Shown in pieces: positions 49,134 to 59,611 of a stretch of DNA of 64,000 bases. This DNA is from an uncultured delta proteobacterium (GTDB lineage Bacteria; Desulfobacterota; Binatia; DP-6). Both the position numbers and the translations under genes were made by a program. Position 1 is the stretch's first letter, and the number at the start of each line of letters is the position of its first letter. The notes below the pieces were generated by a model. It was not told where the DNA came from and did no database searches. It saw only the letters and a program-made list of their open reading frames with translations. The DNA is taken from assembly GCA_963815115.1 (NCBI GenBank), contig CAWFFN010000005.1, forward strand, positions 1,664,001 through 1,728,000, given 5' to 3'.

Positions 49134-49960
49134 CCCTGGGCCCGCAGGCCCCGCACGATCATCTCCGCGCCGAGCACGAGGAGGACCACGCGGAAGACGC
49201 GGTGGACGGTCTCGTTGCTGACGCGCAGCAGGATGCGCGTGCCGGCGAAGGCCCCGAGGGTCACCCCCACGATCACCGGCGCCGCGAGGTTGACGTCGAT
49301 CATGCCGGCGGCCAGGTAGACGCTGGTGCCCGCCAGGGCGGTGACGCCGATGATCAGGTTGCTGGTGGTGGTCGAGACCTTGGGCGGCAGACCCATGACG
49401 AGGTCGTGGATCAGGACCTTGAGCGCCCCCGCCCCGATGCCGAGCAAGCCCGCGACCAGCCCGGCGACGAACATCAGCGGTCCCCCGATTCCGGCGCGCG
49501 TGGCGCGATAGGCGATCGTGCGGCGGCTCGCCCGGTCGTCGTACTGCCCCTCGAGCTCGAGCCAGCGCGAGAAACGGTCCTGCGAGGCGGGCGGCTGCCA
49601 CGGCCTGCCGCGCTGCATCCAGAGCGCCAGCCACGACGCGAGCAGCACCAGTCCGAAGAGGAAGAAGAGGGGCCGCGCGCTCGACGCCACGGTGAGCGAG
49701 GCGCCGACGATGGCCCCGACGATGGTGAACATCTCGAGGAACATGCCCACGCGCAGGTTGGTGACGTGATCGCGCACGTAGGCCGAGGCGGCGCCGGTGG
49801 AGGTGGCGATCACCGAGATCGTGCTCACCGCGATGGCCCGCTTGATGTCCTCGCCCGCGAGGGTGAGCGCCGGGATGAGGACGATCCCGCCGCCCATACC
49901 GGCGAGCGCGCCGACCAGGCCGGCGACGAACGATAGCAGCAGGAGCGGGCCCAGGGTCAC
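49130..49960 (-). CDS. Sulfite exporter TauE/SafE family protein
   Basis: GALAGMGGG, SVIATS, GLLGIGAG, KVSTTTSN. Confidence 0.85.
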   Translation of the reverse strand: MTLGPLLLLSFVAGLVGALAGMGGGIVLIPALTLAGEDIKRAIAVSTISVIATSTGAASAYVRDHVTNLRVGMFLEMFTIVGAIVGASLTVASSARPLFFLFGLVLLASWLALWMQRGRPWQPPASQDRFSRWLELEGQYDDRASRRTIAYRATRAGIGGPLMFVAGLVAGLLGIGAGALKVLIHDLVMGLPPKVSTTTSNLIIGVTALAGTSVYLAAGMIDVNLAAPVIVGVTLGAFAGTRILLRVSNETVHRVFRVVLLVLGAEMIVRGLRAQG

Positions 49961-50037
49961 GCGCAACGACTCCGGCGAATCGACGCCGCGGAGCGTAGCC
50001 GCAAGCGAGGCGGGAAGGAAGTGCCCCTGAAAAAAAG

Positions 50038-51366
50038 GGCTCTTCCGGGGTTCGTGTGGGTAGCATGACCGGCTGAGCGTGGTTTTGGTATCGTCCCGGG
50101 GCCAGCCGGGGGAGGAGGCGGGGACGATGCGGGACCACGAACTGTACGCGACGATCTTGGGGCTCACGGCGCCGTGGACGGTGGAGCGGGTTGAGGTCGA
50201 CGTCCCGGGTGGCGCTGTGCACGTGTGGTTGGCCCGCACGGGGGACGCGGCGGCGCAGTGTCCGGAGTGCCAGACCGCCTGCCCCATCTACGACCATCGC
50301 GAGCGGGAATGGCGGCATCTCGACACCTGCCAGCTGCAGACCCGGCTCCATGCCCGCGTCCCCCGCCTGGCCTGTCCAACCCACGGTGTGGTGCAGAGCG
50401 CCGTCCCGTGGGCGACCCCGGGCTCGAAGTTCACGCTGCTCTTCGAGCGGCTGGCGATCGACTGGCTCCGCGAGGCGGCGGTCGCCGCGGTCGCGCGCCA
50501 GCTCAAGCTGGGGTGGGACGCGGTCTGGGGCATCGAGCGCCGGGCGGTGGCGCGGGGGCTGGCGCGGCGCGGCACACTCGAGCTGCGGTACGTCGGCGTG
50601 GACGAGAAGGCCTTCCAACGCCGGTACGAGTTCGTGACGGTCGTGAGCGACCTCGAGGGCGCCCGCGTCCTGTACGTCGCCGACGACCGCAAGCAGGAGA
50701 GCCTCGAAGCGTTCTGGGCCCTGGGGCTCACCGAGGCCCAGCGGGGCGCCATCGCGGCGATCGCGATGGACATGTGGGCGCCGTACGTGCAGGCGACCCG
50801 CGCCCGCATCCCCGATGCCGACCGGAAGATCGTCTTCGATCGCTTTCACTGCGCGAAGCATCTCAACGAGGGGGTCGATCGCGTCCGACGCGCCGAGCAG
50901 CGCGAGCTCCGCGCGCAGGGAGACACTCGGCTCACCGGCACGAAGTACACGTGGCTGCGGCATCCCGATCGCTTCAGTCGAGAGGCGTGGCGCGCGTTCA
51001 GGGCGTTACGCACCAGCACCCTCAAGGTGGCGCGCGCCTGGGCGCTGAAGGAGGCCGCGGCCGACCTGTGGGAGTATCGGTACGTCGGCGCGGCCCGTAC
51101 CTTCTTCCGCCGGTGGTACTTCTGGGCGACGCACTCGCGCCTCGCACCGATGATCGAGAAAGCGCGGATGCTCAAGACCCACCTGCAGAACATCCTCACC
51201 TACCTGAAGCACCGCATCACGAATGCCACGGCCGAGGGCCTGAACTCCAAGATCCAGTGGCTCCGGTACACGGCCCGCGGCTACCGCAACCGCGAGCACT
51301 TCAAGACGGCGATCTACTTCCACTGCGGCGGCCTCGACCTCTACCCACACTGAAGCCGGAAGAACC
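50038..51366 (+). mobile_element. ISL3-family insertion sequence
   Basis: IRL GGCTCTTCCGGGGTTCGTGTGGGTAG vs IRR (reverse complement) GGTTCTTCCGGCTTCAGTGTGGGTAG, 21/26 match; 8-bp TSD AAAAAAAG at 50030-50037 and 51367-51374. Confidence 0.92.
50127..51353 (+). CDS. ISL3 family transposase
   Basis: CPEC zinc finger, WRHLD, GVDE, AMDM, FDRFH, TNATAEGLNSKIQ, ARGYRN. Confidence 0.95.
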   Translation: MRDHELYATILGLTAPWTVERVEVDVPGGAVHVWLARTGDAAAQCPECQTACPIYDHREREWRHLDTCQLQTRLHARVPRLACPTHGVVQSAVPWATPGSKFTLLFERLAIDWLREAAVAAVARQLKLGWDAVWGIERRAVARGLARRGTLELRYVGVDEKAFQRRYEFVTVVSDLEGARVLYVADDRKQESLEAFWALGLTEAQRGAIAAIAMDMWAPYVQATRARIPDADRKIVFDRFHCAKHLNEGVDRVRRAEQRELRAQGDTRLTGTKYTWLRHPDRFSREAWRAFRALRTSTLKVARAWALKEAAADLWEYRYVGAARTFFRRWYFWATHSRLAPMIEKARMLKTHLQNILTYLKHRITNATAEGLNSKIQWLRYTARGYRNREHFKTAIYFHCGGLDLYPH

Positions 51367-51406
51367 AAAAAAAGAAAGCGGGGGTGGCCGCGTGGACCAC
51401 CCCCGC
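51367..51406 (-). terminator. Rho-independent terminator of the htrA gene
   Basis: 10-bp stem GCGGGGGTGG/CCACCCCCGC (51378-51406) followed on the minus strand by TTTCTTTTTTT. Confidence 0.8.
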
Positions 51407-51441
51407 AGCACGGGCCAAGGGAGGATGAGGCCCGGCTCGAC

Positions 51442-52941
51442 TCAGCGCGCCGACAGGGCCGCGAAGCGGTCGCCGCCCTCGGCGGGGCGGACGAGCAAGA
51501 GGAGCGGCTTGTCGGCGGCCGTCTTCCCGACCTCGGCCCGCAGGGCGGCCACCGAGCCGACCGACCTGCGGTTGACCTGCAGGACGACGTCCCCCGCTTT
51601 CACCGCGGCCTCGGCGGCCGGGCTGTCGGGGGCGACGGCCGTCACCAGGACGCCGGCGCCGGCTTCGAGGCCGCGCTGGCCGCGCTCCTCCGGCGTCAGG
51701 TCGCGTAGCGCGAGGCCCCATTTGCCGCGGCGCGTGGCCGCGTCGTCGGACGCCGTCTCGTCGTCGGCGAGCTTGGCGACCGTCACTTCGAGGTCGTGGG
51801 CCTTGCCGTCCCGGCGAACCTCGACCGGCACGGTCTTGCCGACGGGAGTGCCGGCGACCAGCATGGAGAGCGTCCCCGGCTCGTCGATCGGCTTGCCGTC
51901 CCAGCGACGGACGACGTCGCCGGGCTGCAGGCCCGCCTTGGCCGCCGGGCTGTCCGGGGTCACGCCGGCGACCAGCGCACCCTGCGACCCGTCGGTCGCC
52001 ATCGACTCCGCCAGCTCGGGCGTCAGCTTCTGGATCGACACCCCGAGCCAGCCGCGGGTCACGTGGCCCTTCTCCTCGAGCTCGGGCACCAGCTCCTTGG
52101 CGAGGTTGATCGGGATGGCGAAGCCGATGCCGACGCTGCCGCCGCTCTGGCTGAAGATCGCGGTGTTGATGCCGACGACGTTGCCGCGCTCGTCGAACAG
52201 CGGCCCGCCCGAGTTGCCCGGATTGATCGACGCGTCGGTCTGGATGAAGTGATCGTACGGCCCCTGGCCGATGGCGCGACCCTTCGCGCTGACGATTCCC
52301 GCCGTGACCGTGTTGTCGAGGCCGAAGGGATTGCCGATCGCGACCACCCAGTCGCCGACGGCCAGCCCGTCCGAGTCGCCCAGCTGCACCACCGGCAGCG
52401 GCTCCTTGCTGTCGATCTTCAGCACCGCGAGGTCGGTCTTGGGGTCGCGCCCGAGCACCTTGGCGGGGAGCTTGCGGCCGTCGCTCAGCGCGACGGTGAT
52501 CTCCTTCGCATGCTCGACGACGTGGTTGTTGGTGAGCACGACGCCGTCCTTGCGGATCACGAACCCGGAGCCGGCGCCGCGCCGTGCCTCGCCGCCGCCC
52601 CAGCGCGGGCCGTGCGGCATCCGGAAGCCGCGGAACGGACCGCCGGGACCCGACGGGCCGTCATCGTCGTCGGAATCGCCTTCGTCGGCGGCATTGGCGA
52701 CCGAGACCGTCCCGACGTGAACCACGGCCGGTGCGGCCGACTCGACGATGCCGGCGAACGAGGGCAGGCCGCGCGCCTTGGTGGGGGCACGGGGCTCCTC
52801 GGGGGCCGCCGCGGGCGCGGACTGGGCAGCGTGAGCCGGTTCCTCGTGCAGCAGCCGGCCGGCGGCGAAGCCGAAGCCGCCGCCGCCCAGGCAGATGGCG
52901 AGCCCTCCCGCCAGCATGCGATTCCTCGTGTTCGGATCCAT
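51442..52941 (-). CDS. HtrA/DegP (Do) serine protease with two PDZ domains
   Basis: [37 protein letters not shown]. Confidence 0.93.
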   Translation of the reverse strand: MDPNTRNRMLAGGLAICLGGGGFGFAAGRLLHEEPAHAAQSAPAAAPEEPRAPTKARGLPSFAGIVESAAPAVVHVGTVSVANAADEGDSDDDDGPSGPGGPFRGFRMPHGPRWGGGEARRGAGSGFVIRKDGVVLTNNHVVEHAKEITVALSDGRKLPAKVLGRDPKTDLAVLKIDSKEPLPVVQLGDSDGLAVGDWVVAIGNPFGLDNTVTAGIVSAKGRAIGQGPYDHFIQTDASINPGNSGGPLFDERGNVVGINTAIFSQSGGSVGIGFAIPINLAKELVPELEEKGHVTRGWLGVSIQKLTPELAESMATDGSQGALVAGVTPDSPAAKAGLQPGDVVRRWDGKPIDEPGTLSMLVAGTPVGKTVPVEVRRDGKAHDLEVTVAKLADDETASDDAATRRGKWGLALRDLTPEERGQRGLEAGAGVLVTAVAPDSPAAEAAVKAGDVVLQVNRRSVGSVAALRAEVGKTAADKPLLLLVRPAEGGDRFAALSAR

Positions 52942-52984
52942 ATGCGTCCTCCTCCTCTTCGGGGGTGTCTCGGAGATTGGACGC

Positions 52985-53030
52985 GTGAGATGGCGCCGTC
53001 GCGTGAGAATCCCGTGAGGCGCGCATTAGA
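52985..53030 (-). promoter_or_regulatory. Tandem hexamer boxes (OmpR-family-like) upstream of htrA
   Basis: Minus strand TCTAAT-N5-CCTCAC-N5-TCTCAC plus a further TCTCAC. Confidence 0.45.
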
Positions 53031-53036
53031 AGTTTC

Positions 53037-54439
53037 TCACGAAGGTGCGAGCGGCAGGGAGACCCGGAAGCACGCCCCGGCACCCGGGCTGCTCGTCACG
53101 CTGACGTCGCCGCCGTGGAGCTGGACGATCGCGCGCGTGAGCGGCAGGCCGAGGCCCGATCCGCCGCGCTCGCGAGCGGGGTCGCCGCGGTAGAAGCGGT
53201 CGAAGATGCGCTCCCGATCCTCGCTCGTGATGCCCGGGCCGTCGTCGCGGACCTCGAGCAGCGCGTGGCCGTCGCGGGCGTGCGTCGACACCGTCACGTG
53301 GGCGCCAGCGCCTGCGTGCTTGACGGCGTTCTCGGCCAGGTTGAACACCACGCGGAAGAGCAGGGGGCCGCTGCCCTGGACGGCGAGCGGGGGGACGGCT
53401 CGACCCGGAACGCGACCCCGGCCCTGGCGGCGAGCACCTCGAGCGCCGGAGCGGCGTCGCTCACCACGCCCGCGAGGTCGACGCGCTCGCGCGCCGGGGC
53501 GAGCGCGCCCGCGTCCGAGCGCGCCAGGAAGAGCAGGTCCTCGACCAGGCTCGCCAGCCGGTCGACCTCTTCGAGACAGCTCTCCAGCGTGCGACGGTGC
53601 GGCGCGCCCGGCGGGGTCGTCCCGAGGGCGACCTCCAGCTCGCCTTTCAGGATCGTGAGCGGCGTGCGCAGCTCGTGCGCGGCGTCGGCGCTGAACTGGC
53701 GTGCGGCGTCGAAGGAGCGCTCGAGACGGGCGAGCATGTCGTTCAGGACGGCGGCGAGGCGGCCCAGCTCGTCGTCCGCCGTCTCCGTCGTGATCCGTCG
53801 CGCCAGATCGGCCCCTCCGATGCGGCGCGCCGTCTCGACCATGGCATCGACCGGGCTGAGCGCGCGGCCGGCGAGGAACCAGCCGCCCGCCGCGGCGGCC
53901 GCGAGCGCCACGGGCAGCAGGCCGGCGAGCACGAGCAGGAAGCGCGCGCGTGCCGCCTCGACGACCTCCAGCGACATGGCGACCTGGACGAGCTGGACCA
54001 GGCGCCCCCCCTCCATCACCGGCGCGGTCAGCACGCGCACCGGCGCCTGCGCGCCGGGCAGCCGGACGGTCTCGAACGTCTCCTGCCCGTGCTCCGCGTT
54101 GCGCAGCGTGGCGGCGCCGAGCGGCAGATCGAGCCGCTGCCGCGGGGCGAGTCTCGGATCGGGTCGTCCGAGCGGATCGAGGAGCTGATAGAAGCGCTCC
54201 GCGAGCGCGGGTCCCACGAGCGCGGCGAGGGCGTCGGCCAGGTCGCCGCGTCGGGCCGGCTCGCGGCTCGACGCGGCGACGGTGCGTGCGAGGGAATCGA
54301 GGGACGTGTCCACGGTGTGCTGCAGCCCGCGATCGAGCAGCACCAGCGCGACCGTGCCGAGCAGGAGGAGGAGGCCGCCGAGCGCCACCGTGTACCAGAG
54401 CGTGAGCCGGGCGCGCAGGCTCCGCGGCCGCAGCGCCAC
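53037..54439 (-). CDS. Sensor histidine kinase (CusS/MprB-like); one-base frameshift in a C run at ~53392
   Basis: HAMP, AHELRTPL; HATPase (NLAENAVKH, DDGPG, FYRGD, GSGLGL) continues in another frame after TCCCCCCG. Confidence 0.85.
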
Positions 54440-54442
54440 GGG

Positions 54443-55117
54443 CTAGCCCTCCGGCGCGCGCAGCACGTAGCCCGCGCCGCGCACCGTGTGGATCAGCTTG
54501 GGCTCGAAGTCGGCGTCGATCTTGCGGCGGAGGTAGTTCACGTAGACGTCGATGACGTTGGTGAAGGTGTCGAAGCTGACTCCCCAGACGTGCTGGGCGA
54601 TCATCGCGCGGCTCAGCACCCGGCCGGGATTGCGCAGGAAGTACTCGAGGAGCGCATGCTCGCGGGCGGTCAGCTCGATCGCGCGACCGGCCCGGGTCAC
54701 CTGCCGCGTGGCGGGGTCGAGCCGGAGGTCCGCCAGCGCGAGCGTGGCCGGAACGACGGCGCCGCGGCGGAGCAGTGCCCGGATGCGGGCGAGCAGCTCG
54801 GCCACCTCGAAGGGCTTGGTGAGATAGTCGTCGGCGCCCCCGTCGAGACCGGCCACCTTGTCGGCGACTCCCGCGCGCGCGGTCAGCAGGAGCACGGGGA
54901 CCGCGCGCCGGCGCGCGCGCAGCTCGCGCAGGACGGAGAGCCCGTCGCGCCGCGGCAGCATGACGTCGAGGACGACCAGGTCGTAGTCCTCGTCCAGGGC
55001 GCGGGTGAGGCCGGCGTCGCCGTCGTGCGCGACGTCGACGCGGTGGTGCTCCGCCTCCAGCCCGCGCTGGATGAAGCTCGCCACCTTCTGCTCGTCCTCG
55101 ACGACCAGGATGCGCAT
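54443..55117 (-). CDS. OmpR-family response regulator
   Basis: MRILVVEDE, LDVMLP, GADDYLTKPF, LTARE, VIDVYVNYLRRK, TVRGAGY. Confidence 0.93.
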   Translation of the reverse strand: MRILVVEDEQKVASFIQRGLEAEHHRVDVAHDGDAGLTRALDEDYDLVVLDVMLPRRDGLSVLRELRARRRAVPVLLLTARAGVADKVAGLDGGADDYLTKPFEVAELLARIRALLRRGAVVPATLALADLRLDPATRQVTRAGRAIELTAREHALLEYFLRNPGRVLSRAMIAQHVWGVSFDTFTNVIDVYVNYLRRKIDADFEPKLIHTVRGAGYVLRAPEG

Positions 55118-55180
55118 CGACGGCGACGTGTCCGAGGAGCGCGCATCCCGCGCGGGGACGCGCACTCCTCGGAGAAGCGA

Positions 55181-55819
<639 letters not shown>

Positions 55820-55874
55820 CGCGAGCTCCTTTCCTTGGTGATCCCCGCTGGCGTAGCGCGGGCTCCGAGGAGGG

Positions 55875-56864
55875 TCAATGGCCCGGCACCAGCACCGCCG
55901 CACCGGTGAAACGACCGTGCCGGAGGTCGTCCAGCGCGTCGCCGGCGCGCGCCAGCGGATAGCGGTGCGCCTCGGCACGCAAGCCGGCGTCGGCCGCCAG
56001 GCGCAGGAACTCGACGCCGTCCCCCCGCGTGAGATTCGCCACCGAGCGCAGGACGCGCTCGCCCCACAGGGTCTCGTAGGGGAAGGACGGGATCGGGCTC
56101 ATGTGGATGCCGCCGCACACGACCACGCCGCCGGGCTCGACGGCGCGCAAGGCGAGCGGCACGAGCGCGCCGTCGGGCGCGAAGATGAGCGCGGCGTCGA
56201 GCGGCTCGGGGGCGCGGGCGGTCGAATCGCCGGCCCAGGCGCAGCCGAGGCCGCGGGCAAACTCCTGCGCCGCGGCGTCGCCCGGCCGCGTGAAGGCGAA
56301 CGCGCGTCGGCCCTGGTGACGCAGGACCTGGGCCACCAGATGGGCGGCGGCGCCGAAGCCGTACAGCCCGACGCGTTCCGCGTCACCGGCCAGGCGCAGG
56401 GTGCGGTAGCCGATCAGTCCGGCGCACAGCAGCGGCGCGCCCTCGACGTCCGGCAGCTCCGGCGGGAGCGGCAGGACGAAGCGGGCGTCGGCGGTGGTGT
56501 ACTCGGCGTATCCCCCGTCCCGCGTGTAGCCGGTGAAGCGGGCCCGGGGGCAGAGGTTCTCCGCGCCGCGGAGGCAGAAGCGACAGCGGCCACAGGCCCA
56601 GGCGAGCCAGGGAACCCCGACGCGATCGCCCGGGTGCAGGTGCGTGACGTCGGCCCCGACGCGCTCGATCGTGGCGATGATCTCGTGGCCGAGCACGAGG
56701 GGCAGCGCGGGATCGGGCAGCTCGCCGTCGCACACGTGGAGGTCGGTCCGGCACACGCCGCAGGCGCGTACGCGCAGCAAGATCTCACCCCCGCCGATGC
56801 TCGGCAGCGGCTGCTCCACGGCGCGCAGCGGGCGGCCCGGTGCCTCGAGCACCATCGCGCGCAT
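55875..56864 (-). CDS. Zinc-dependent alcohol dehydrogenase family protein
   Basis: CGVCRTDLH, GHE, CGRCRFC...ENLC, LCAGLIG, YGFGAAAH. Confidence 0.92.
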   Translation of the reverse strand: MRAMVLEAPGRPLRAVEQPLPSIGGGEILLRVRACGVCRTDLHVCDGELPDPALPLVLGHEIIATIERVGADVTHLHPGDRVGVPWLAWACGRCRFCLRGAENLCPRARFTGYTRDGGYAEYTTADARFVLPLPPELPDVEGAPLLCAGLIGYRTLRLAGDAERVGLYGFGAAAHLVAQVLRHQGRRAFAFTRPGDAAAQEFARGLGCAWAGDSTARAPEPLDAALIFAPDGALVPLALRAVEPGGVVVCGGIHMSPIPSFPYETLWGERVLRSVANLTRGDGVEFLRLAADAGLRAEAHRYPLARAGDALDDLRHGRFTGAAVLVPGH

Positions 56865-56952
56865 GCTGAGCTCGACATAAGCCGCGGCGGTGGGCCTCGC
56901 AACCGGTCTGGCGCGCGCACCGGGGCGGGTATATCCCGGACGACGGGAGGCG

Positions 56953-57546
56953 ATGAGGAACGGTCCGGAATCGGTGGGCCGGGGCGACGCGCTCCTGCTC
57001 GTCGACGTGCAGAACGATTTCCTGCCCGGCGGCGCGCTCGCGGTGCGCGACGGGCATGCGGTGGTTCCGCGGCTGAACGAGTACGTCGCGCTCTTCCACG
57101 ATCGTGGCTTGCCCGTCCTCGCGTCGCGCGACTGGCATCCCGCCGACCACTGCTCCTTCCACGCTCGCGGTGGTCCCTGGCCCGCCCACTGCGTGGCGGG
57201 GACGGCAGGCGCCGGATTCGCCCCGGCCCTCGCGCTGCCGCCGGGAGTCGAGGTCGTCTCCAAGGCGACCGACGCCGAGCGTGACGCCTACTCGGCCTTC
57301 GACGGGACCGGCCTTCACGAGCGGCTGCAGCGAGCCGGCGTGCGGCGCCTCTTCGTCGGTGGTCTGGCCACCGACTACTGCGTGCGCTGGACGGTGTACG
57401 ATGCGCTCGAGCGCGGCTACCGGGTCGTCGTGCTGGAGGACGCGGTGCGGCCGGTCGACGTGCGGCCCGGAGACGGCCGCCGCGCCCTGCGCACGGTGCG
57501 CCGCCACGGCGCGCGCACGCTCCGGGGTCGCACGCAGGTCGCCTGA
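56953..57546 (+). CDS. pncA: Nicotinamidase / pyrazinamidase
   Basis: VDVQNDFLPGG, RDWH, WPAHCV, K...YSAF, GLATDYCV. Confidence 0.9.
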   Translation: MRNGPESVGRGDALLLVDVQNDFLPGGALAVRDGHAVVPRLNEYVALFHDRGLPVLASRDWHPADHCSFHARGGPWPAHCVAGTAGAGFAPALALPPGVEVVSKATDAERDAYSAFDGTGLHERLQRAGVRRLFVGGLATDYCVRWTVYDALERGYRVVVLEDAVRPVDVRPGDGRRALRTVRRHGARTLRGRTQVA

Positions 57547-57547
57547 G

Positions 57548-58639
57548 TCAGATCCTGCCGACCAGATAGAGGACGATCTCGAGCACGATCAGCACGATGA
57601 TGATCACCTCGAGCGCCTCGGAGCGCGCACTGGTGACGCGCTCGCTGAGCAGGTTGTGGATCTGCTGGAGCACGTCGAGCTTGCGCCCGACGCTCTCCTC
57701 CCAGGCGCGCAGGGCCAGACGATCGGCCGTGCGGGCGTAGAGCTTGGCGAGGTAGAGGTCGCCGGCGAGCTTGAGGGCGTTGTGCAGCCGCTCGACGATG
57801 CCGGCGACGTCGAGGCGGATGGCAGCCAGCTCGGTCACGGCGCGCCGGAACGGACGGTGGAGGAAGGGCCAGCCCCGGGCCGGGGCAGTGGCGAGCGCGA
57901 AGGTCTCGGCCATGTAGCGGTCCAGCACGTCGTCGTAGAAGCGGAGCTCGAGGAGCTGCACGTTCAGGTGCTCGAGCACGTTCACCGTGTCGGCATAGTC
58001 GGTGTCGTCGATCACCAGCGCGACGTTCCATTCGGTGACGACGAGGTCGTCGGGATAGTAGGAGAGCTCCGTGCGGAACACCTCGTCGGTCTCGGCGTCC
58101 GACAGCAGGCTCGCCTCGCAGCGCAGCGCAGCCGCGAGGATGGCCCTGCCGTACCCCAGCAGATCCGGAATGCTGGTCGGGGGCTCGAGCCGATCGACCT
58201 GGATGATGTAGTAGTCCTCGACGAACGGATTCAGGCCGGGCTTCGTGACCGCTGGCCGGATGCGCTCGTGCAGTCGCTCGAGCAGCTCGCGCGCCGCGTC
58301 CTCGAGCGGCCCGGCGCCGGTGAGGGTGCTGGTGAGCGCGGGGAGCGCATCGAGCGCGCAATCGAGGGGAGACTGCAGCAGGATGGTCACGGCGCCGAAC
58401 TCGTGGATGCGCGCGCTCGCGGTGGCGGTCACGAGGGTCGCGCCGACGCGCACCTCGCACGTGCCGAGCGGGGCGCGGACCGGCGGCGCCGCGTAGGCCA
58501 GGTGCGCCGGCGCCGCCCGGCGCCGCGGCGCCGCGGTCTCGCGCTCTCCCTCGCTGACCAGCGCCTGGGCGCGGGCCAGGTCGATCTCGTAGCCGACGTC
58601 GAAGGTGAAGAGCCCGATGAGCTGCCCGACGAGGCGCAC
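57548..58639 (-). CDS. Conserved hypothetical protein with C-terminal TM helix (RMD1/DUF155-like)
   Basis: FDVGYEIDL, QLLELRFYD, GDLYLAKLY, LEVIIIVLI. Confidence 0.7.
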   Translation of the reverse strand: MRLVGQLIGLFTFDVGYEIDLARAQALVSEGERETAAPRRRAAPAHLAYAAPPVRAPLGTCEVRVGATLVTATASARIHEFGAVTILLQSPLDCALDALPALTSTLTGAGPLEDAARELLERLHERIRPAVTKPGLNPFVEDYYIIQVDRLEPPTSIPDLLGYGRAILAAALRCEASLLSDAETDEVFRTELSYYPDDLVVTEWNVALVIDDTDYADTVNVLEHLNVQLLELRFYDDVLDRYMAETFALATAPARGWPFLHRPFRRAVTELAAIRLDVAGIVERLHNALKLAGDLYLAKLYARTADRLALRAWEESVGRKLDVLQQIHNLLSERVTSARSEALEVIIIVLIVLEIVLYLVGRI

Positions 58640-58674
58640 GTCCGCCGGCGCGCGCTACGGCCGTCCCATCGGCG

Positions 58675-59154
58675 CTACGATCCCTTCTTCGCCCGCGCCG
58701 GCTTGTCGGGGACGCGGATGGTGAGCACGGGGACGTGCGCGTGGCGCACCACCTTCTCGGCCACGCTGCCGATGAGCAGATGGCTGAGGCCGCTGCGGCC
58801 GGCGGTGCTCATGACGATCGAATCGGCGCGGCGCGCGGCATCGAGGATGCACTGCGAGGCATCCCCCACATCCACCCGGCAGGTGTAGGGCGGAGCATCC
58901 CCGCGCAACGCCCGCTCGACGAGGGTCTCGAGCCGCTTGCGCTGCTCGGGCACGAACGTCGTGGGCGCCGGGAAGGTGTCCGCGGCGAGGCCGAACGGCA
59001 CGTCCGCCGGCACGTAGAACGGCACGATGACGTGCAGCACGGTGAGCCGGCCATCGTGCTCCCGTGCCAGCCGGGCCGCGGCCTTGAGTGCCGCGGTGGC
59101 CTGGGGCGAGAAGTCGTGCGGGACGAGAATCCGGCGGAAGAACGGGACGGGCAT
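58675..59154 (-). CDS. Universal stress protein
   Basis: ILVPHDFS, IVM..GRSG...IGSVAEKVVR. Confidence 0.9.
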   Translation of the reverse strand: MPVPFFRRILVPHDFSPQATAALKAAARLAREHDGRLTVLHVIVPFYVPADVPFGLAADTFPAPTTFVPEQRKRLETLVERALRGDAPPYTCRVDVGDASQCILDAARRADSIVMSTAGRSGLSHLLIGSVAEKVVRHAHVPVLTIRVPDKPARAKKGS

Positions 59155-59271
59155 CGAAACCTCCCTCACTGCGCTCCGCGCATCGCGCGTCGGTCGTGCG
59201 CCCATTGTCGCTCGCGCCGCGCCATGGGCAAGCCTTGACGTGGCCGTGGCCGGGGCCGTATCCGGCGTTCC

Positions 59272-59610
59272 ATGCGGTTCGTGCTCAACTGGGTCATCAG
59301 CGCGCTCGGCCTGCTCGTCGTGGCGCGGGTGATCCCGGGATTCCAGGTGGACGGCTTCGGCACCGCGCTCATCGCCGCTCTGGTCCTCGGCCTCGTGAAC
59401 GCGACCCTGGGCGTGGTGCTGCTCGTCCTCACGTTTCCCCTGACGCTCATCACCTTCGGGCTGTTCCACTTCGTGGTGATGGCGTTCCTCATCTGGATCG
59501 CCACCGGCATCGTGCCCGGCTTCCACGTGAGCGGCTTCCTCCCGGCGTTCTTCGGGGCCATCGTGCTGGCGCTGGTCAGCATGGTCCTGCGCGCGCTGGT
59601 GTCTGCCTGA
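59272..59610 (+). CDS. YvlD-like 4-TM 'phage holin superfamily IV' membrane protein
   Basis: ALIAALVLGLVN...LTFPLTLITFGLF. Confidence 0.85.
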   Translation: MRFVLNWVISALGLLVVARVIPGFQVDGFGTALIAALVLGLVNATLGVVLLVLTFPLTLITFGLFHFVVMAFLIWIATGIVPGFHVSGFLPAFFGAIVLALVSMVLRALVSA

Positions 59611-59611
59611 G

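Noticed and set aside
59272-59610. 'Holin' as evidence of a prophage
   Set aside because: YvlD-type proteins are common chromosomal genes; no phage genes nearby
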